Positions 51,181 through 63,776 are shown, counted from the stretch's first letter. The stretch is DNA of 64,000 nt from Escherichia coli (GCF_030013205.1 NZ_CP122648.1), one strand, 5' to 3'. Numbers and translations: made by a program. The notes: generated from the sequence alone by a model not told the origin.

Positions 51181-51215
51181 AAAGCCAGTCTGGAAACAGG
51201 CTGGCTTTTTTTTAC
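51181..51215 (+). terminator. atp operon intrinsic terminator
   Basis: agccagtctggaaacaggctggc hairpin followed by a T run. Confidence 0.7.
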
Positions 51216-51511
51216 GCGTTGCCCCGTCCTGAATAGCGTTCACATAGATCCTGCTGATATAAAACACCCTGTTTTCCCGTTTATTCATTGATCGAAATAA
51301 GAGCAAAAACATCCACCTGACGCTTAAATGAAGGTATTGCCTTATTTTTCTGCAGACAAAAGGCGTGACGATGGTCGAAAATGGCGCTTTCGTCAGCGGG
51401 GATAATCCGTTATTGAACAATTTATCCTCTGTCCATTTCACGATGAAAAAAATGTAGTTTTTTCAAGGTGAAGCGGTTTAAATTCGTTCTCAAATTACAG
51501 TCAGGACGCGT

Positions 51512-52882
51512 ATGTTGAATAATGCTATGAGCGTAGTGATCCTTGCCGCAGGCAAAGGCACGCGCATGTATTCCGATCTTCCGAAAGTGCTGCATACCCT
51601 TGCCGGGAAAGCGATGGTTCAGCATGTCATTGATGCTGCGAATGAATTAGGCGCGGCGCACGTTCACCTGGTGTACGGTCACGGCGGCGATCTGCTTAAA
51701 CAGGCGCTGAAAGATGACAACCTGAACTGGGTGCTTCAGGCAGAACAGCTGGGTACAGGTCATGCGATGCAGCAGGCCGCACTTTTCTTTGCCGATGATG
51801 AAGACATTTTAATGCTCTACGGCGACGTGCCGCTGATCTCTGTCGAAACACTCCAGCGCCTGCGTGATGCTAAACCGCAGGGTGGCATTGGTCTGCTGAC
51901 GGTAAAACTGGATGATCCGACCGGTTATGGACGTATCACCCGTGAAAACGGCAAAGTTACCGGCATTGTTGAGCACAAAGACGCCACCGACGAGCAGCGT
52001 CAGATTCAGGAGATCAACACCGGCATTCTGATTGCCAACGGCGCAGATATGAAACGCTGGCTGGCGAAGCTGACCAACAATAACGCTCAGGGTGAATACT
52101 ACATCACCGACATTATTGCGCTGGCGTATCAGGAAGGGCGTGAAATCGTCGCCGTTCATCCGCAACGTTTAAGCGAAGTAGAAGGCGTGAATAACCGCCT
52201 GCAACTCTCCCGACTGGAGCGCGTTTACCAGTCCGAACAGGCTGAAAAACTGCTGTTAGCAGGCGTTATGCTGCGCGATCCGGCGCGTTTTGATCTGCGC
52301 GGTACGCTTACTCACGGGCGCGATGTTGAAATTGATACTAACGTTATCATCGAGGGCAACGTGACTCTCGGTCATCGCGTGAAAATCGGCACCGGTTGCG
52401 TGATTAAAAACAGCGTGATTGGCGATGATTGCGAAATTAGCCCGTATACCGTTGTGGAAGATGCGAATCTGGCAGCGGCCTGTACCATTGGCCCGTTTGC
52501 CCGTCTGCGTCCTGGTGCTGAGTTGCTGGAAGGTGCACACGTCGGTAACTTCGTTGAGATGAAAAAAGCGCGTCTGGGTAAAGGCTCGAAAGCTGGTCAT
52601 CTGACTTACCTGGGCGATGCGGAAATTGGCGATAACGTTAACATCGGCGCGGGAACCATTACCTGCAACTACGATGGTGCGAATAAATTTAAGACCATTA
52701 TCGGTGACGATGTGTTTGTCGGTTCCGACACTCAGCTGGTGGCCCCGGTTACAGTAGGCAAAGGCGCGACCATTGCTGCGGGTACAACTGTGACGCGTAA
52801 TGTCGGCGAAAACGCCCTGGCGATCAGCCGTGTGCCGCAGACTCAAAAAGAAGGCTGGCGTCGTCCGGTAAAGAAAAAGTAA
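51512..52882 (+). CDS. glmU: Bifunctional GlcNAc-1-P uridylyltransferase / GlcN-1-P acetyltransferase
   Basis: 456 aa; N-terminal LAAGKGTRM nucleotidyltransferase motif and C-terminal hexapeptide repeats. Confidence 0.9.
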   Translation: MLNNAMSVVILAAGKGTRMYSDLPKVLHTLAGKAMVQHVIDAANELGAAHVHLVYGHGGDLLKQALKDDNLNWVLQAEQLGTGHAMQQAALFFADDEDILMLYGDVPLISVETLQRLRDAKPQGGIGLLTVKLDDPTGYGRITRENGKVTGIVEHKDATDEQRQIQEINTGILIANGADMKRWLAKLTNNNAQGEYYITDIIALAYQEGREIVAVHPQRLSEVEGVNNRLQLSRLERVYQSEQAEKLLLAGVMLRDPARFDLRGTLTHGRDVEIDTNVIIEGNVTLGHRVKIGTGCVIKNSVIGDDCEISPYTVVEDANLAAACTIGPFARLRPGAELLEGAHVGNFVEMKKARLGKGSKAGHLTYLGDAEIGDNVNIGAGTITCNYDGANKFKTIIGDDVFVGSDTQLVAPVTVGKGATIAAGTTVTRNVGENALAISRVPQTQKEGWRRPVKKK

Positions 52883-53043
52883 TTCTGGCCGGGTAATACG
52901 GTCATATGGGATGAGGAGATAACATAATCTCCCGCCCACAAGCAGTAACTATAAAAATAACCCCACTCTCTACAAGGCTCGGGGCGCCCGAAAAAACGGG
53001 CATACAGGTTGACCGACAACGATATAAATCGGAATCAAAAACT

Positions 53044-54873
53044 ATGTGTGGAATTGTTGGCGCGATCGCGCAACGTGATGTAGCAGAAATCCTTCTTGAA
53101 GGTTTACGTCGTCTTGAATACCGCGGATATGACTCTGCCGGTCTGGCCGTTGTTGATGCAGAAGGTCATATGACCCGCCTGCGTCGCCTCGGTAAAGTCC
53201 AGATGCTGGCTCAGGCAGCGGAAGAACATCCTCTGCATGGCGGCACCGGTATTGCTCATACTCGCTGGGCGACCCACGGTGAACCTTCAGAAGCTAACGC
53301 GCATCCGCATGTTTCTGAACACATTGTGGTGGTGCATAACGGCATCATCGAAAACCATGAACCGCTGCGTGAAGAGTTAAAAGCGCGTGGCTATACCTTC
53401 GTTTCTGAAACCGACACCGAAGTGATTGCCCATCTGGTGAACTGGGAGCTGAAACAAGGCGGTACTCTGCGTGAGGCTGTTCTGCGTGCTATCCCGCAAC
53501 TGCGTGGTGCGTACGGTACAGTGATCATGGACTCCCGTCACCCGGATACCCTGCTGGCGGCACGTTCTGGTAGCCCGCTGGTGATTGGTCTGGGCATGGG
53601 CGAAAACTTTATCGCTTCTGACCAGCTGGCGCTGTTGCCAGTGACCCGTCGCTTTATCTTCCTTGAAGAGGGCGATATTGCGGAAATCACTCGCCGTTCG
53701 GTAAACATCTTCGATAAAACTGGCGCGGAAGTAAAACGTCAGGATATCGAATCCAATCTGCAATATGACGCGGGCGATAAAGGTATTTACCGCCACTACA
53801 TGCAGAAAGAGATCTACGAACAACCGAACGCGATCAAAAACACCCTTACCGGGCGCATCAGCCACGGTCAGGTTGATTTAAGCGAGCTGGGACCGAACGC
53901 CGACGAACTGCTGTCGAAGGTTGAGCATATTCAGATCCTCGCCTGTGGTACTTCTTATAACTCCGGTATGGTTTCCCGCTACTGGTTTGAATCGCTGGCA
54001 GGTCTTCCGTGCGACGTCGAAATCGCCTCTGAATTCCGCTATCGCAAATCTGCCGTGCGCCGTAACAGCCTGATGATCACCTTGTCACAGTCTGGCGAAA
54101 CCGCGGATACCCTGGCTGGCCTGCGTCTGTCAAAAGAGCTGGGTTACCTTGGTTCACTGGCAATCTGTAACGTTCCGGGTTCTTCTCTGGTGCGCGAATC
54201 CGATCTGGCGCTGATGACCAATGCCGGTACGGAAATTGGCGTGGCGTCCACTAAAGCATTCACCACTCAGTTAACTGTGCTGTTGATGCTGGTGGCGAAG
54301 CTGTCTCGTCTGAAAGGTCTGGATGCCTCCATTGAACATGACATCGTGCATGGTCTGCAGGCGCTGCCGAGCCGTATTGAGCAGATGCTGTCTCAGGACA
54401 AACGCATTGAAGCGCTGGCAGAAGATTTCTCTGACAAACATCACGCACTGTTCCTGGGCCGTGGCGATCAGTACCCAATCGCGCTGGAAGGCGCATTGAA
54501 GCTGAAAGAGATCTCTTACATTCACGCTGAAGCCTACGCTGCAGGCGAACTGAAACACGGTCCGCTGGCGCTGATTGATGCCGATATGCCGGTTATCGTC
54601 GTTGCACCGAACAACGAATTGCTGGAAAAACTGAAATCCAACATTGAAGAAGTTCGCGCGCGTGGCGGTCAGTTGTATGTCTTCGCCGATCAGGATGCGG
54701 GTTTTGTAAGTAGCGATAACATGCACATCATCGAGATGCCGCATGTGGAAGAGGTGATTGCACCGATCTTCTACACTGTTCCGCTGCAACTACTGGCTTA
54801 CCACGTTGCGCTGATCAAAGGCACCGACGTTGACCAGCCGCGTAACCTGGCGAAATCGGTTACGGTTGAGTAA
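53044..54873 (+). CDS. glmS: Glutamine--fructose-6-phosphate aminotransferase
   Basis: 609 aa; MCGIVGAI N-terminal nucleophile; C-terminus ...NLAKSVTVE; the 3' end is the TnsD recognition region for attTn7. Confidence 0.9.
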   Translation: MCGIVGAIAQRDVAEILLEGLRRLEYRGYDSAGLAVVDAEGHMTRLRRLGKVQMLAQAAEEHPLHGGTGIAHTRWATHGEPSEANAHPHVSEHIVVVHNGIIENHEPLREELKARGYTFVSETDTEVIAHLVNWELKQGGTLREAVLRAIPQLRGAYGTVIMDSRHPDTLLAARSGSPLVIGLGMGENFIASDQLALLPVTRRFIFLEEGDIAEITRRSVNIFDKTGAEVKRQDIESNLQYDAGDKGIYRHYMQKEIYEQPNAIKNTLTGRISHGQVDLSELGPNADELLSKVEHIQILACGTSYNSGMVSRYWFESLAGLPCDVEIASEFRYRKSAVRRNSLMITLSQSGETADTLAGLRLSKELGYLGSLAICNVPGSSLVRESDLALMTNAGTEIGVASTKAFTTQLTVLLMLVAKLSRLKGLDASIEHDIVHGLQALPSRIEQMLSQDKRIEALAEDFSDKHHALFLGRGDQYPIALEGALKLKEISYIHAEAYAAGELKHGPLALIDADMPVIVVAPNNELLEKLKSNIEEVRARGGQLYVFADQDAGFVSSDNMHIIEMPHVEEVIAPIFYTVPLQLLAYHVALIKGTDVDQPRNLAKSVTVE

Positions 54874-54898
54874 TATCTCTCGTTGATAGAAAAGGGCT

Positions 54899-55032
54899 TG
54901 TGGGCGGACAATAAAGTCTTAAACTGAACAAAATAGATCTAAACTATGACAATAAAGTCTTAAACTAGACAGAATAGTTGTAAACTGAAATCAGTCCAGT
55001 TATGCTGTGAAAAAGCATACTGGACTTTTGTT
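54899..55032. repeat. Tn7 right end (Tn7-R) with multiple ~22-bp TnsB-binding repeats
   Basis: Repeated gacaataaagtcttaaactgaa / gacaataaagtcttaaactaga / cagaatagttgtaaactgaaat motifs. Confidence 0.8.
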
Positions 55033-55854
55033 ATGGCTAAAGCAAACTCTTCATTTTCTGAAGTGCAAATTGCCCGTCGTATTAAAGAGGGGCGTGGCCA
55101 AGGGCATGGTAAAGACTATATTCCATGGCTAACAGTACAAGAAGTTCCTTCTTCAGGTCGTTCCCACCGTATTTATTCTCATAAGACGGGACGAGTCCAT
55201 CATTTGCTATCTGACTTAGAGCTTGCTGTTTTTCTCAGTCTTGAGTGGGAGAGCAGCGTGCTAGATATACGCGAGCAGTTCCCCTTATTACCTAGTGATA
55301 CCAGGCAGATTGCAATAGATAGTGGTATTAAGCATCCTGTTATTCGTGGTGTAGATCAGGTTATGTCTACTGATTTTTTAGTGGACTGCAAAGATGGTCC
55401 TTTTGAGCAGTTTGCTATTCAAGTCAAACCTGCAGCAGCCTTACAAGACGAGCGTACCTTAGAAAAACTAGAACTAGAGCGTCGCTATTGGCAGCAAAAG
55501 CAAATTCCTTGGTTCATTTTTACTGATAAAGAAATAAATCCCGTAGTAAAAGAAAATATTGAATGGCTTTATTCAGTGAAAACAGAAGAAGTTTCTGCGG
55601 AGCTTTTAGCACAACTATCCCCATTGGCCCATATCCTGCAAGAAAAAGGAGATGAAAACATTATCAATGTCTGTAAGCAGGTTGATATTGCTTATGATTT
55701 GGAGTTAGGCAAAACATTGAGTGAGATACGAGCCTTAACCGCAAATGGTTTTATTAAGTTCAATATTTATAAGTCTTTCAGGGCAAATAAGTGTGCAGAT
55801 CTCTGTATTAGCCAAGTAGTGAATATGGAGGAGTTGCGCTATGTGGCAAATTAA
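55033..55854 (+). CDS. tnsA: Tn7 transposase subunit TnsA (endonuclease-like)
   Basis: 273 aa; MAKANSSFSEVQIARRIKEGRGQGHGKDYIPWLTVQEVPS. Confidence 0.9.
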   Translation: MAKANSSFSEVQIARRIKEGRGQGHGKDYIPWLTVQEVPSSGRSHRIYSHKTGRVHHLLSDLELAVFLSLEWESSVLDIREQFPLLPSDTRQIAIDSGIKHPVIRGVDQVMSTDFLVDCKDGPFEQFAIQVKPAAALQDERTLEKLELERRYWQQKQIPWFIFTDKEINPVVKENIEWLYSVKTEEVSAELLAQLSPLAHILQEKGDENIINVCKQVDIAYDLELGKTLSEIRALTANGFIKFNIYKSFRANKCADLCISQVVNMEELRYVAN

Positions 55855-57949
55855 TGAGGTTGTGCTATTTGATAATGATCCGTATCGCATTTTGGCTATA
55901 GAGGATGGCCAAGTTGTCTGGATGCAAATAAGCGCTGATAAAGGAGTTCCACAAGCTAGGGCTGAGTTGTTGCTAATGCAGTATTTAGATGAAGGCCGCT
56001 TAGTTAGAACTGATGACCCTTATGTACATCTTGATTTAGAAGAGCCGTCTGTAGATTCTGTCAGCTTCCAGAAGCGCGAGGAGGATTATCGAAAAATTCT
56101 TCCTATTATTAATAGTAAGGATCGTTTCGACCCTAAAGTCAGAAGCGAACTCGTTGAGCATGTGGTCCAAGAACATAAGGTTACTAAGGCTACAGTTTAT
56201 AAGTTGTTACGCCGTTACTGGCAGCGTGGTCAAACGCCTAATGCATTAATTCCTGACTACAAAAACAGCGGTGCACCAGGGGAAAGACGTTCAGCGACAG
56301 GAACAGCAAAGATTGGCCGAGCCAGAGAATATGGTAAGGGTGAAGGAACCAAGGTAACGCCCGAGATTGAACGCCTTTTTAGGTTGACCATAGAAAAGCA
56401 CCTGTTAAATCAAAAAGGTACAAAGACCACCGTTGCCTATAGACGATTTGTGGACTTGTTTGCTCAGTATTTTCCTCGCATTCCCCAAGAGGATTACCCA
56501 ACACTACGTCAGTTTCGTTATTTTTATGATCGAGAATACCCTAAAGCTCAGCGCTTAAAGTCTAGAGTTAAAGCAGGGGTATATAAAAAAGACGTACGAC
56601 CCTTAAGTAGTACAGCCACTTCTCAGGCGTTAGGCCCTGGGAGTCGTTATGAGATTGATGCCACGATTGCTGATATTTATTTAGTGGATCATCATGATCG
56701 CCAAAAAATCATAGGAAGACCAACGCTTTACATTGTGATTGATGTGTTTAGTCGGATGATCACGGGCTTTTATATCGGCTTTGAAAATCCGTCTTATGTG
56801 GTGGCGATGCAGGCTTTTGTAAATGCTTGCTCTGACAAAACGGCCATTTGTGCCCAGCATGATATTGAGATTAGTAGCTCAGACTGGCCGTGTGTAGGTT
56901 TGCCAGATGTGTTGCTAGCGGACCGTGGCGAATTAATGAGTCATCAGGTCGAAGCCTTAGTTTCTAGTTTTAATGTGCGAGTGGAAAGTGCTCCACCTAG
57001 ACGTGGCGATGCTAAAGGCATAGTGGAAAGCACTTTTAGAACACTACAAGCCGAGTTTAAGTCCTTTGCACCTGGCATTGTAGAGGGCAGTCGGATCAAA
57101 AGCCATGGTGAAACAGACTATAGGTTAGATGCATCTCTGTCGGTATTTGAGTTCACACAAATTATTTTGCGTACGATCTTATTCAGAAATAACCATCTGG
57201 TGATGGATAAATACGATCGAGATGCTGATTTTCCTACAGATTTACCGTCTATTCCTGTCCAGCTATGGCAATGGGGTATGCAGCATCGTACAGGTAGTTT
57301 AAGGGCTGTGGAGCAAGAGCAGTTGCGAGTAGCGTTACTGCCTCGCCGAAAGGTCTCTATTTCTTCATTTGGCGTTAATTTGTGGGGTTTGTATTACTCG
57401 GGGTCAGAGATTCTGCGTGAGGGTTGGTTGCAGCGGAGCACTGATATAGCTAGACCTCAACATTTAGAAGCGGCTTATGACCCAGTGCTGGTTGATACGA
57501 TTTATTTGTTTCCGCAAGTTGGCAGCCGTGTATTTTGGCGCTGTAATCTGACGGAACGTAGTCGGCAGTTTAAAGGTCTCTCATTTTGGGAGGTTTGGGA
57601 TATACAAGCACAAGAAAAACACAATAAAGCCAATGCGAAGCAGGATGAGTTAACTAAACGCAGGGAGCTTGAGGCGTTTATTCAGCAAACCATTCAGAAA
57701 GCGAATAAGTTAACGCCCAGTACTACTGAGCCCAAATCAACACGCATTAAGCAGATTAAAACTAATAAAAAAGAAGCCGTGACCTCGGAGCGTAAAAAAC
57801 GTGCGGAGCATTTGAAGCCAAGCTCTTCAGGTGATGAGGCTAAAGTTATTCCTTTCAACGCAGTGGAAGCGGATGATCAAGAAGATTACAGCCTACCCAC
57901 ATACGTGCCTGAATTATTTCAGGATCCACCAGAAAAGGATGAGTCATGA
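55841..57949 (+). CDS. tnsB: Tn7 transposase subunit TnsB (DDE transposase)
   Basis: 702 aa; overlaps the tnsA 3' end; central DDE/RNase-H-like region. Confidence 0.9.
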
Positions 57950-59613
57950 GTGCTACCCGGATTCAAGCAGTTTATCGTGATACGGGGGTAGAGGCTTATC
58001 GTGATAATCCTTTTATCGAGGCCTTACCACCATTACAAGAGTCAGTGAATAGTGCTGCATCACTGAAATCCTCTTTACAGCTTACTTCCTCTGACTTGCA
58101 AAAGTCCCGTGTTATCAGAGCTCATACCATTTGTCGTATTCCAGATGACTATTTTCAGCCATTAGGTACGCATTTGCTACTAAGTGAGCGTATTTCGGTC
58201 ATGATTCGAGGTGGCTACGTAGGCAGAAATCCTAAAACAGGAGATTTACAAAAGCATTTACAAAATGGTTATGAGCGTGTTCAAACGGGAGAGTTGGAGA
58301 CATTTCGCTTTGAGGAGGCACGATCTACGGCACAAAGCTTATTGTTAATTGGTTGTTCTGGTAGTGGGAAGACGACCTCTCTTCATCGTATTCTAGCCAC
58401 GTATCCTCAGGTGATTTACCATCGTGAACTCAATGTAGAGCAGGTGGTGTATTTGAAAATAGACTGCTCGCATAATGGTTCGCTAAAAGAAATCTGCTTG
58501 AATTTTTTCAGAGCGTTGGATCGAGCCTTGGGCTCGAACTATGAGCGTCGTTATGGCTTAAAACGTCATGGTATAGAAACCATGTTGGCTTTGATGTCGC
58601 AAATAGCCAATGCACATGCTTTAGGGTTGTTGGTTATTGATGAAATTCAGCATTTAAGCCGCTCTCGTTCGGGTGGATCTCAAGAGATGCTGAACTTTTT
58701 TGTGACGATGGTGAATATTATTGGCGTACCAGTGATGTTGATTGGTACCCCTAAAGCACGAGAGATTTTTGAGGCTGATTTGCGGTCTGCACGTAGAGGG
58801 GCAGGGTTTGGAGCTATATTCTGGGATCCTATACAACAAACGCAACGTGGAAAGCCCAATCAAGAGTGGATCGCTTTTACGGATAATCTTTGGCAATTAC
58901 AGCTTTTACAACGCAAAGATGCGCTGTTATCGGATGAGGTCCGTGATGTGTGGTATGAGCTAAGCCAAGGAGTGATGGACATTGTAGTAAAACTTTTTGT
59001 ACTCGCTCAGCTCCGTGCGCTAGCTTTAGGCAATGAGCGTATTACCGCTGGTTTATTGCGGCAAGTGTATCAAGATGAGTTAAAGCCTGTGCACCCCATG
59101 CTAGAGGCATTACGCTCGGGTATCCCAGAACGCATTGCTCGTTATTCTGATCTAGTCGTTCCCGAGATTGATAAACGGTTAATCCAACTTCAGCTAGATA
59201 TCGCAGCGATACAAGAACAAACACCAGAAGAAAAAGCCCTTCAAGAGTTAGATACCGAAGATCAGCGTCATTTATATCTGATGCTGAAAGAGGATTACGA
59301 TTCAAGCCTGTTAATTCCCACTATTAAAAAAGCGTTTAGCCAGAATCCAACGATGACAAGACAAAAGTTACTGCCTCTTGTTTTGCAGTGGTTGATGGAA
59401 GGCGAAACGGTAGTGTCAGAACTAGAAAAGCCCTCCAAGAGTAAAAAGGTTTCGGCTATAAAGGTAGTCAAGCCCAGCGACTGGGATAGCTTGCCTGATA
59501 CGGATTTACGTTATATCTATTCACAACGCCAACCTGAAAAAACCATGCATGAACGGTTAAAAGGGAAAGGGGTAATAGTGGATATGGCGAGCTTATTTAA
59601 ACAAGCAGGTTAG
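57946..59613 (+). CDS. tnsC: Tn7 transposition regulator TnsC (AAA+ ATPase)
   Basis: 555 aa; Walker [11 protein letters not shown]; ATGA overlap with tnsB. Confidence 0.9.
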
Positions 59614-59615
59614 CC

Positions 59616-61142
59616 ATGAGAAACTTTCCTGTTCCGTACTCGAATGAGCTGATTTATAGCACTATTGCACGGGCAGGCGTTTATCAAGGGATTGTTAGTC
59701 CTAAGCAGCTGTTGGATGAGGTGTATGGCAACCGCAAGGTGGTCGCTACCTTAGGTCTGCCCTCGCATTTAGGTGTGATAGCAAGACATCTACATCAAAC
59801 AGGACGTTACGCTGTTCAGCAGCTTATTTATGAGCATACCTTATTCCCTTTATATGCTCCGTTTGTAGGCAAGGAGCGCCGAGACGAAGCTATTCGGTTA
59901 ATGGAGTACCAAGCGCAAGGTGCGGTGCATTTAATGCTAGGAGTCGCTGCTTCTAGAGTTAAGAGCGATAACCGCTTTAGATACTGCCCTGATTGCGTTG
60001 CTCTTCAGCTAAATAGGTATGGGGAAGCCTTTTGGCAACGAGATTGGTATTTGCCCGCTTTGCCATATTGTCCAAAACACGGTGCTTTAGTCTTCTTTGA
60101 TAGAGCTGTAGATGATCACCGACATCAATTTTGGGCTTTGGGTCATACTGAGCTGCTTTCAGACTACCCCAAAGACTCCCTATCTCAATTAACAGCACTA
60201 GCTGCTTATATAGCCCCTCTGTTAGATGCTCCACGAGCGCAAGAGCTTTCCCCAAGCCTTGAGCAGTGGACGCTGTTTTATCAGCGCTTAGCGCAGGATC
60301 TAGGGCTAACCAAAAGCAAGCACATTCGTCATGACTTGGTGGCGGAGAGAGTGAGGCAGACTTTTAGTGATGAGGCACTAGAGAAACTGGATTTAAAGTT
60401 GGCAGAGAACAAGGACACGTGTTGGCTGAAAAGTATATTCCGTAAGCATAGAAAAGCCTTTAGTTATTTACAGCATAGTATTGTGTGGCAAGCCTTATTG
60501 CCAAAACTAACGGTTATAGAAGCGCTACAGCAGGCAAGTGCTCTTACTGAGCACTCTATAACGACAAGACCTGTTAGCCAGTCTGTGCAACCTAACTCTG
60601 AAGATTTATCTGTTAAGCATAAAGACTGGCAGCAACTAGTGCATAAATACCAAGGAATTAAGGCGGCAAGACAGTCTTTAGAGGGTGGGGTGCTATACGC
60701 TTGGCTTTACCGACATGACAGGGATTGGCTAGTTCACTGGAATCAACAGCATCAACAAGAGCGTCTGGCACCCGCCCCTAGAGTTGATTGGAACCAAAGA
60801 GATCGAATTGCTGTACGACAACTATTAAGAATCATAAAGCGTCTAGATAGTAGCCTTGATCACCCAAGAGCGACATCGAGCTGGCTGTTAAAGCAAACTC
60901 CTAACGGAACCTCTCTTGCAAAAAATCTACAGAAACTGCCTTTGGTAGCGCTTTGCTTAAAGCGTTACTCAGAGAGTGTGGAAGATTATCAAATTAGACG
61001 GATTAGCCAAGCTTTTATTAAGCTTAAACAGGAAGATGTTGAGCTTAGGCGCTGGCGATTATTAAGAAGTGCAACGTTATCTAAAGAGCGGATAACTGAG
61101 GAAGCACAAAGATTCTTGGAAATGGTTTATGGGGAAGAGTGA
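59616..61142 (+). CDS. tnsD: Tn7 target-site selector TnsD (attTn7/glmS recognition)
   Basis: 508 aa; MRNFPVPYSNELIYSTIARAG; Cys/His zinc-finger-like CPDC...CPKHG. Confidence 0.9.
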   Translation: MRNFPVPYSNELIYSTIARAGVYQGIVSPKQLLDEVYGNRKVVATLGLPSHLGVIARHLHQTGRYAVQQLIYEHTLFPLYAPFVGKERRDEAIRLMEYQAQGAVHLMLGVAASRVKSDNRFRYCPDCVALQLNRYGEAFWQRDWYLPALPYCPKHGALVFFDRAVDDHRHQFWALGHTELLSDYPKDSLSQLTALAAYIAPLLDAPRAQELSPSLEQWTLFYQRLAQDLGLTKSKHIRHDLVAERVRQTFSDEALEKLDLKLAENKDTCWLKSIFRKHRKAFSYLQHSIVWQALLPKLTVIEALQQASALTEHSITTRPVSQSVQPNSEDLSVKHKDWQQLVHKYQGIKAARQSLEGGVLYAWLYRHDRDWLVHWNQQHQQERLAPAPRVDWNQRDRIAVRQLLRIIKRLDSSLDHPRATSSWLLKQTPNGTSLAKNLQKLPLVALCLKRYSESVEDYQIRRISQAFIKLKQEDVELRRWRLLRSATLSKERITEEAQRFLEMVYGEE

Positions 61143-62759
61143 GTGGTTAGGCTAGCTACATTTAATGACAATGTGCAGGTTGTACATATTGGTCATTTAT
61201 TCCGTAACTCGGGTCATAAGGAGTGGCGTATTTTTGTTTGGTTTAATCCAATGCAAGAACGGAAATGGACTCGATTTACTCATTTGCCTTTATTAAGTCG
61301 AGCTAAGGTGGTTAACAGTACAACAAAGCAAATAAATAAGGCGGATCGTGTGATTGAGTTTGAAGCATCGGATCTTCAACGAGCCAAAATAATCGATTTT
61401 CCTAATCTCTCGTCCTTTGCTTCCGTACGCAACAAGGATGGAGCGCAGAGTTCATTTATTTACGAAGCTGAAACACCATATAGCAAGACTCGTTATCACA
61501 TCCCACAGTTAGAGCTAGCTCGGTCATTATTTTTAATTAACTCCTATTTCTGTCGAAGCTGTTTGAGCAGTACCGCTTTACAGCAAGAGTTCGACGTTCA
61601 GTATGAGGTTGAGCGAGATCATTTAGAGATAAGGATCTTACCCAGTTCATCGTTTCCTAAAGGGGCGTTAGAGCAGTCGGCCGTAGTGCAGCTTTTGGTT
61701 TGGTTGTTTTCGGATCAAGATGTTATGGATTCGTATGAAAGTATTTTTAGGCACTATCAACAAAATAGAGAAATTAAGAACGGCGTTGAAAGCTGGTGCT
61801 TTAGCTTTGACCCTCCGCCCATGCAGGGTTGGAAATTACATGTAAAAGGACGTTCTTCTAACGAGGATAAGGATTATTTAGTTGAGGAAATAGTAGGTTT
61901 AGAAATCAACGCTATGCTTCCTAGCACAACAGCTATTAGCCATGCCTCTTTTCAGGAAAAGGAGGCAGGTGATGGTAGTACGCAGCACATAGCGGTTTCA
62001 ACAGAGTCAGTTGTTGATGATGAGCATCTACAGTTGGACGATGAGGAAACAGCCAATATAGACACAGACACACGAGTCATAGAGGCTGAGCCGACATGGA
62101 TAAGTTTTAGTAGACCTAGTCGAATTGAAAAATCTCGCAGGGCAAGAAAAAGTAGCCAAACTATTTTAGAAAAAGAAGAAGCAACAACAAGTGAAAATAG
62201 TAATTTGGTTAGTACTGATGAGCCACACTTAGGTGGTGTCCTAGCAGCGGCAGATGTGGGTGGGAAGCAGGATGCAACCAATTACAACTCTATTTTTGCT
62301 AATCGATTTGCTGCTTTTGATGAGCTACTTTCAATTCTAAAAACTAAATTTGCATGTCGGGTGCTTTTTGAAGAAACCTTGGTTTTGCCAAAAGTTGGGC
62401 GTAGCCGATTACATCTGTGTAAAGATGGCTCACCAAGAGTGATTAAAGCCGTTGGGGTGCAACGTAATGGCAGTGAATTTGTATTGCTAGAGGTGGATGC
62501 ATCGGATGGGGTGAAAATGCTTTCTACCAAAGTGTTGAGTGGCGTTGATAGCGAAACATGGCGGAATGATTTTGAAAAGATACGGCGTGGAGTGGTGAAG
62601 AGCTCATTGAATTGGCCAAATAGTTTGTTTGATCAATTATATGGACAAGACGGGCATAGAGGGGTGAATCATCCAAAGGGGTTGGGGGAGCTGCAAGTAT
62701 CGAGAGAGGATATGGAAGGGTGGGCTGAGAGAGTGGTTAGAGAGCAATTTACGCATTAA
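61143..62759 (+). CDS. tnsE: Tn7 alternative target selector TnsE
   Basis: 538 aa; GTG start immediately after the tnsD stop. Confidence 0.85.
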   Translation: MVRLATFNDNVQVVHIGHLFRNSGHKEWRIFVWFNPMQERKWTRFTHLPLLSRAKVVNSTTKQINKADRVIEFEASDLQRAKIIDFPNLSSFASVRNKDGAQSSFIYEAETPYSKTRYHIPQLELARSLFLINSYFCRSCLSSTALQQEFDVQYEVERDHLEIRILPSSSFPKGALEQSAVVQLLVWLFSDQDVMDSYESIFRHYQQNREIKNGVESWCFSFDPPPMQGWKLHVKGRSSNEDKDYLVEEIVGLEINAMLPSTTAISHASFQEKEAGDGSTQHIAVSTESVVDDEHLQLDDEETANIDTDTRVIEAEPTWISFSRPSRIEKSRRARKSSQTILEKEEATTSENSNLVSTDEPHLGGVLAAADVGGKQDATNYNSIFANRFAAFDELLSILKTKFACRVLFEETLVLPKVGRSRLHLCKDGSPRVIKAVGVQRNGSEFVLLEVDASDGVKMLSTKVLSGVDSETWRNDFEKIRRGVVKSSLNWPNSLFDQLYGQDGHRGVNHPKGLGELQVSREDMEGWAERVVREQFTH

Positions 62760-62989
62760 AGGAATGACTGAAAGAGCCTGTAAACCCTTTTGTGTAAGTG
62801 CTTTTGCCGGTCAGTTAAAGGTGGCCATTTAAACGGTCACCAAATTCGATCATAAAACGGTTCATGGCCGGCTTCCAGTTGCGGATCGGCATCGTCCATT
62901 TCTTGGTCGCCGCCTGGATAGCCAGGTACACCACCTTCATCGCTGATTCGTCCGTAGGGAACACCTTGAGTTCATATTAATGGAATTTT

Positions 62990-63367
62990 CTACAAATAGC
63001 CTCCGTGGTTTTGAGGGGGGATTACAGACGATCCATAGTAGTAATCCAATGAGTTCTTGAGCGCGGCGACATGTTTGGACGCCTTGGCAAAAATTAGAGC
63101 CTGCTTGAAGTGCAGGCGAGCACGTGCTTGGACGATTGATCCATTCGCGGTCAAAAACTCAATCTTGGATGACAGCGTGTCAGGAAATCCAATATCGAAG
63201 TCCCGCCCCGTGTCAAAGTAGGGCATTTCATGATCAAAGGACGAAGCTTCCCAGGCCACTTCCCTAATATTCCAGCCGCTAGAAACAAGATTTCGTACGA
63301 CTTCATCAACTTTTTTGCTTTCCAACTTGTCACAAAGTGCATAGGCAAGAGCTTTGGCGGCAGACAC
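62990..63367 (-). CDS. Tn7-borne hypothetical protein (125 aa), convergent to tnsE
   Basis: GTG start with AAGAGGA SD; position matches the Tn7 backbone genes between tnsE and the cassette region. Confidence 0.5.
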   Translation of the reverse strand: MSAAKALAYALCDKLESKKVDEVVRNLVSSGWNIREVAWEASSFDHEMPYFDTGRDFDIGFPDTLSSKIEFLTANGSIVQARARLHFKQALIFAKASKHVAALKNSLDYYYGSSVIPPQNHGGYL

Positions 63368-63420
63368 GTGCGTTTCCTCTTAAACATAGGTCGAACGGAT
63401 ACCCGAGGCAAAGCGGAGCA

Positions 63421-63744
63421 TTAGTCCCAAAGCATCTCCGGTAGATCCGGAGGCTCCATACTGAAGGCATGGCATCTTGGGCATTGATATTTGAAACTTC
63501 TCTCTAGATAGCAGGGATTTCTTGGCCTTGCCTCATGCTGATAGCTTGTAAATATCACACGATCCTTAGCCCCACAAAGTGAGCATACTCCGTAGCTTTC
63601 ATTTATAGAAATCGTCGTTAGATTGTCGCAGCATGTGCACGTTCCGACTATTTGCTCAGGAAGCATCGCCATACCTTGGCCTAGGTAAAGAAGATCAGAC
63701 TCGTAGCCACATCGGTGGCAACTGAGCTTGTACGCAATGCCCAT
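63421..63744 (-). CDS. Tn7-borne Cys-rich (zinc-ribbon-like) hypothetical protein (107 aa)
   Basis: CHRCGYE...CTCC...CSLCG...CPRCH cysteine pairs; GGTGAGA SD. Confidence 0.5.
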   Translation of the reverse strand: MGIAYKLSCHRCGYESDLLYLGQGMAMLPEQIVGTCTCCDNLTTISINESYGVCSLCGAKDRVIFTSYQHEARPRNPCYLERSFKYQCPRCHAFSMEPPDLPEMLWD

Positions 63745-63776
63745 CTGGTTGTCTCACCTGAATCGTAACGTCAGAG

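Noticed and set aside
54874-54898. Looked for the 5-bp Tn7 target-site duplication flanking the insertion
   Set aside because: Only the right junction is in the window; the left end of Tn7 lies beyond position 64000, so the duplication cannot be confirmed here.
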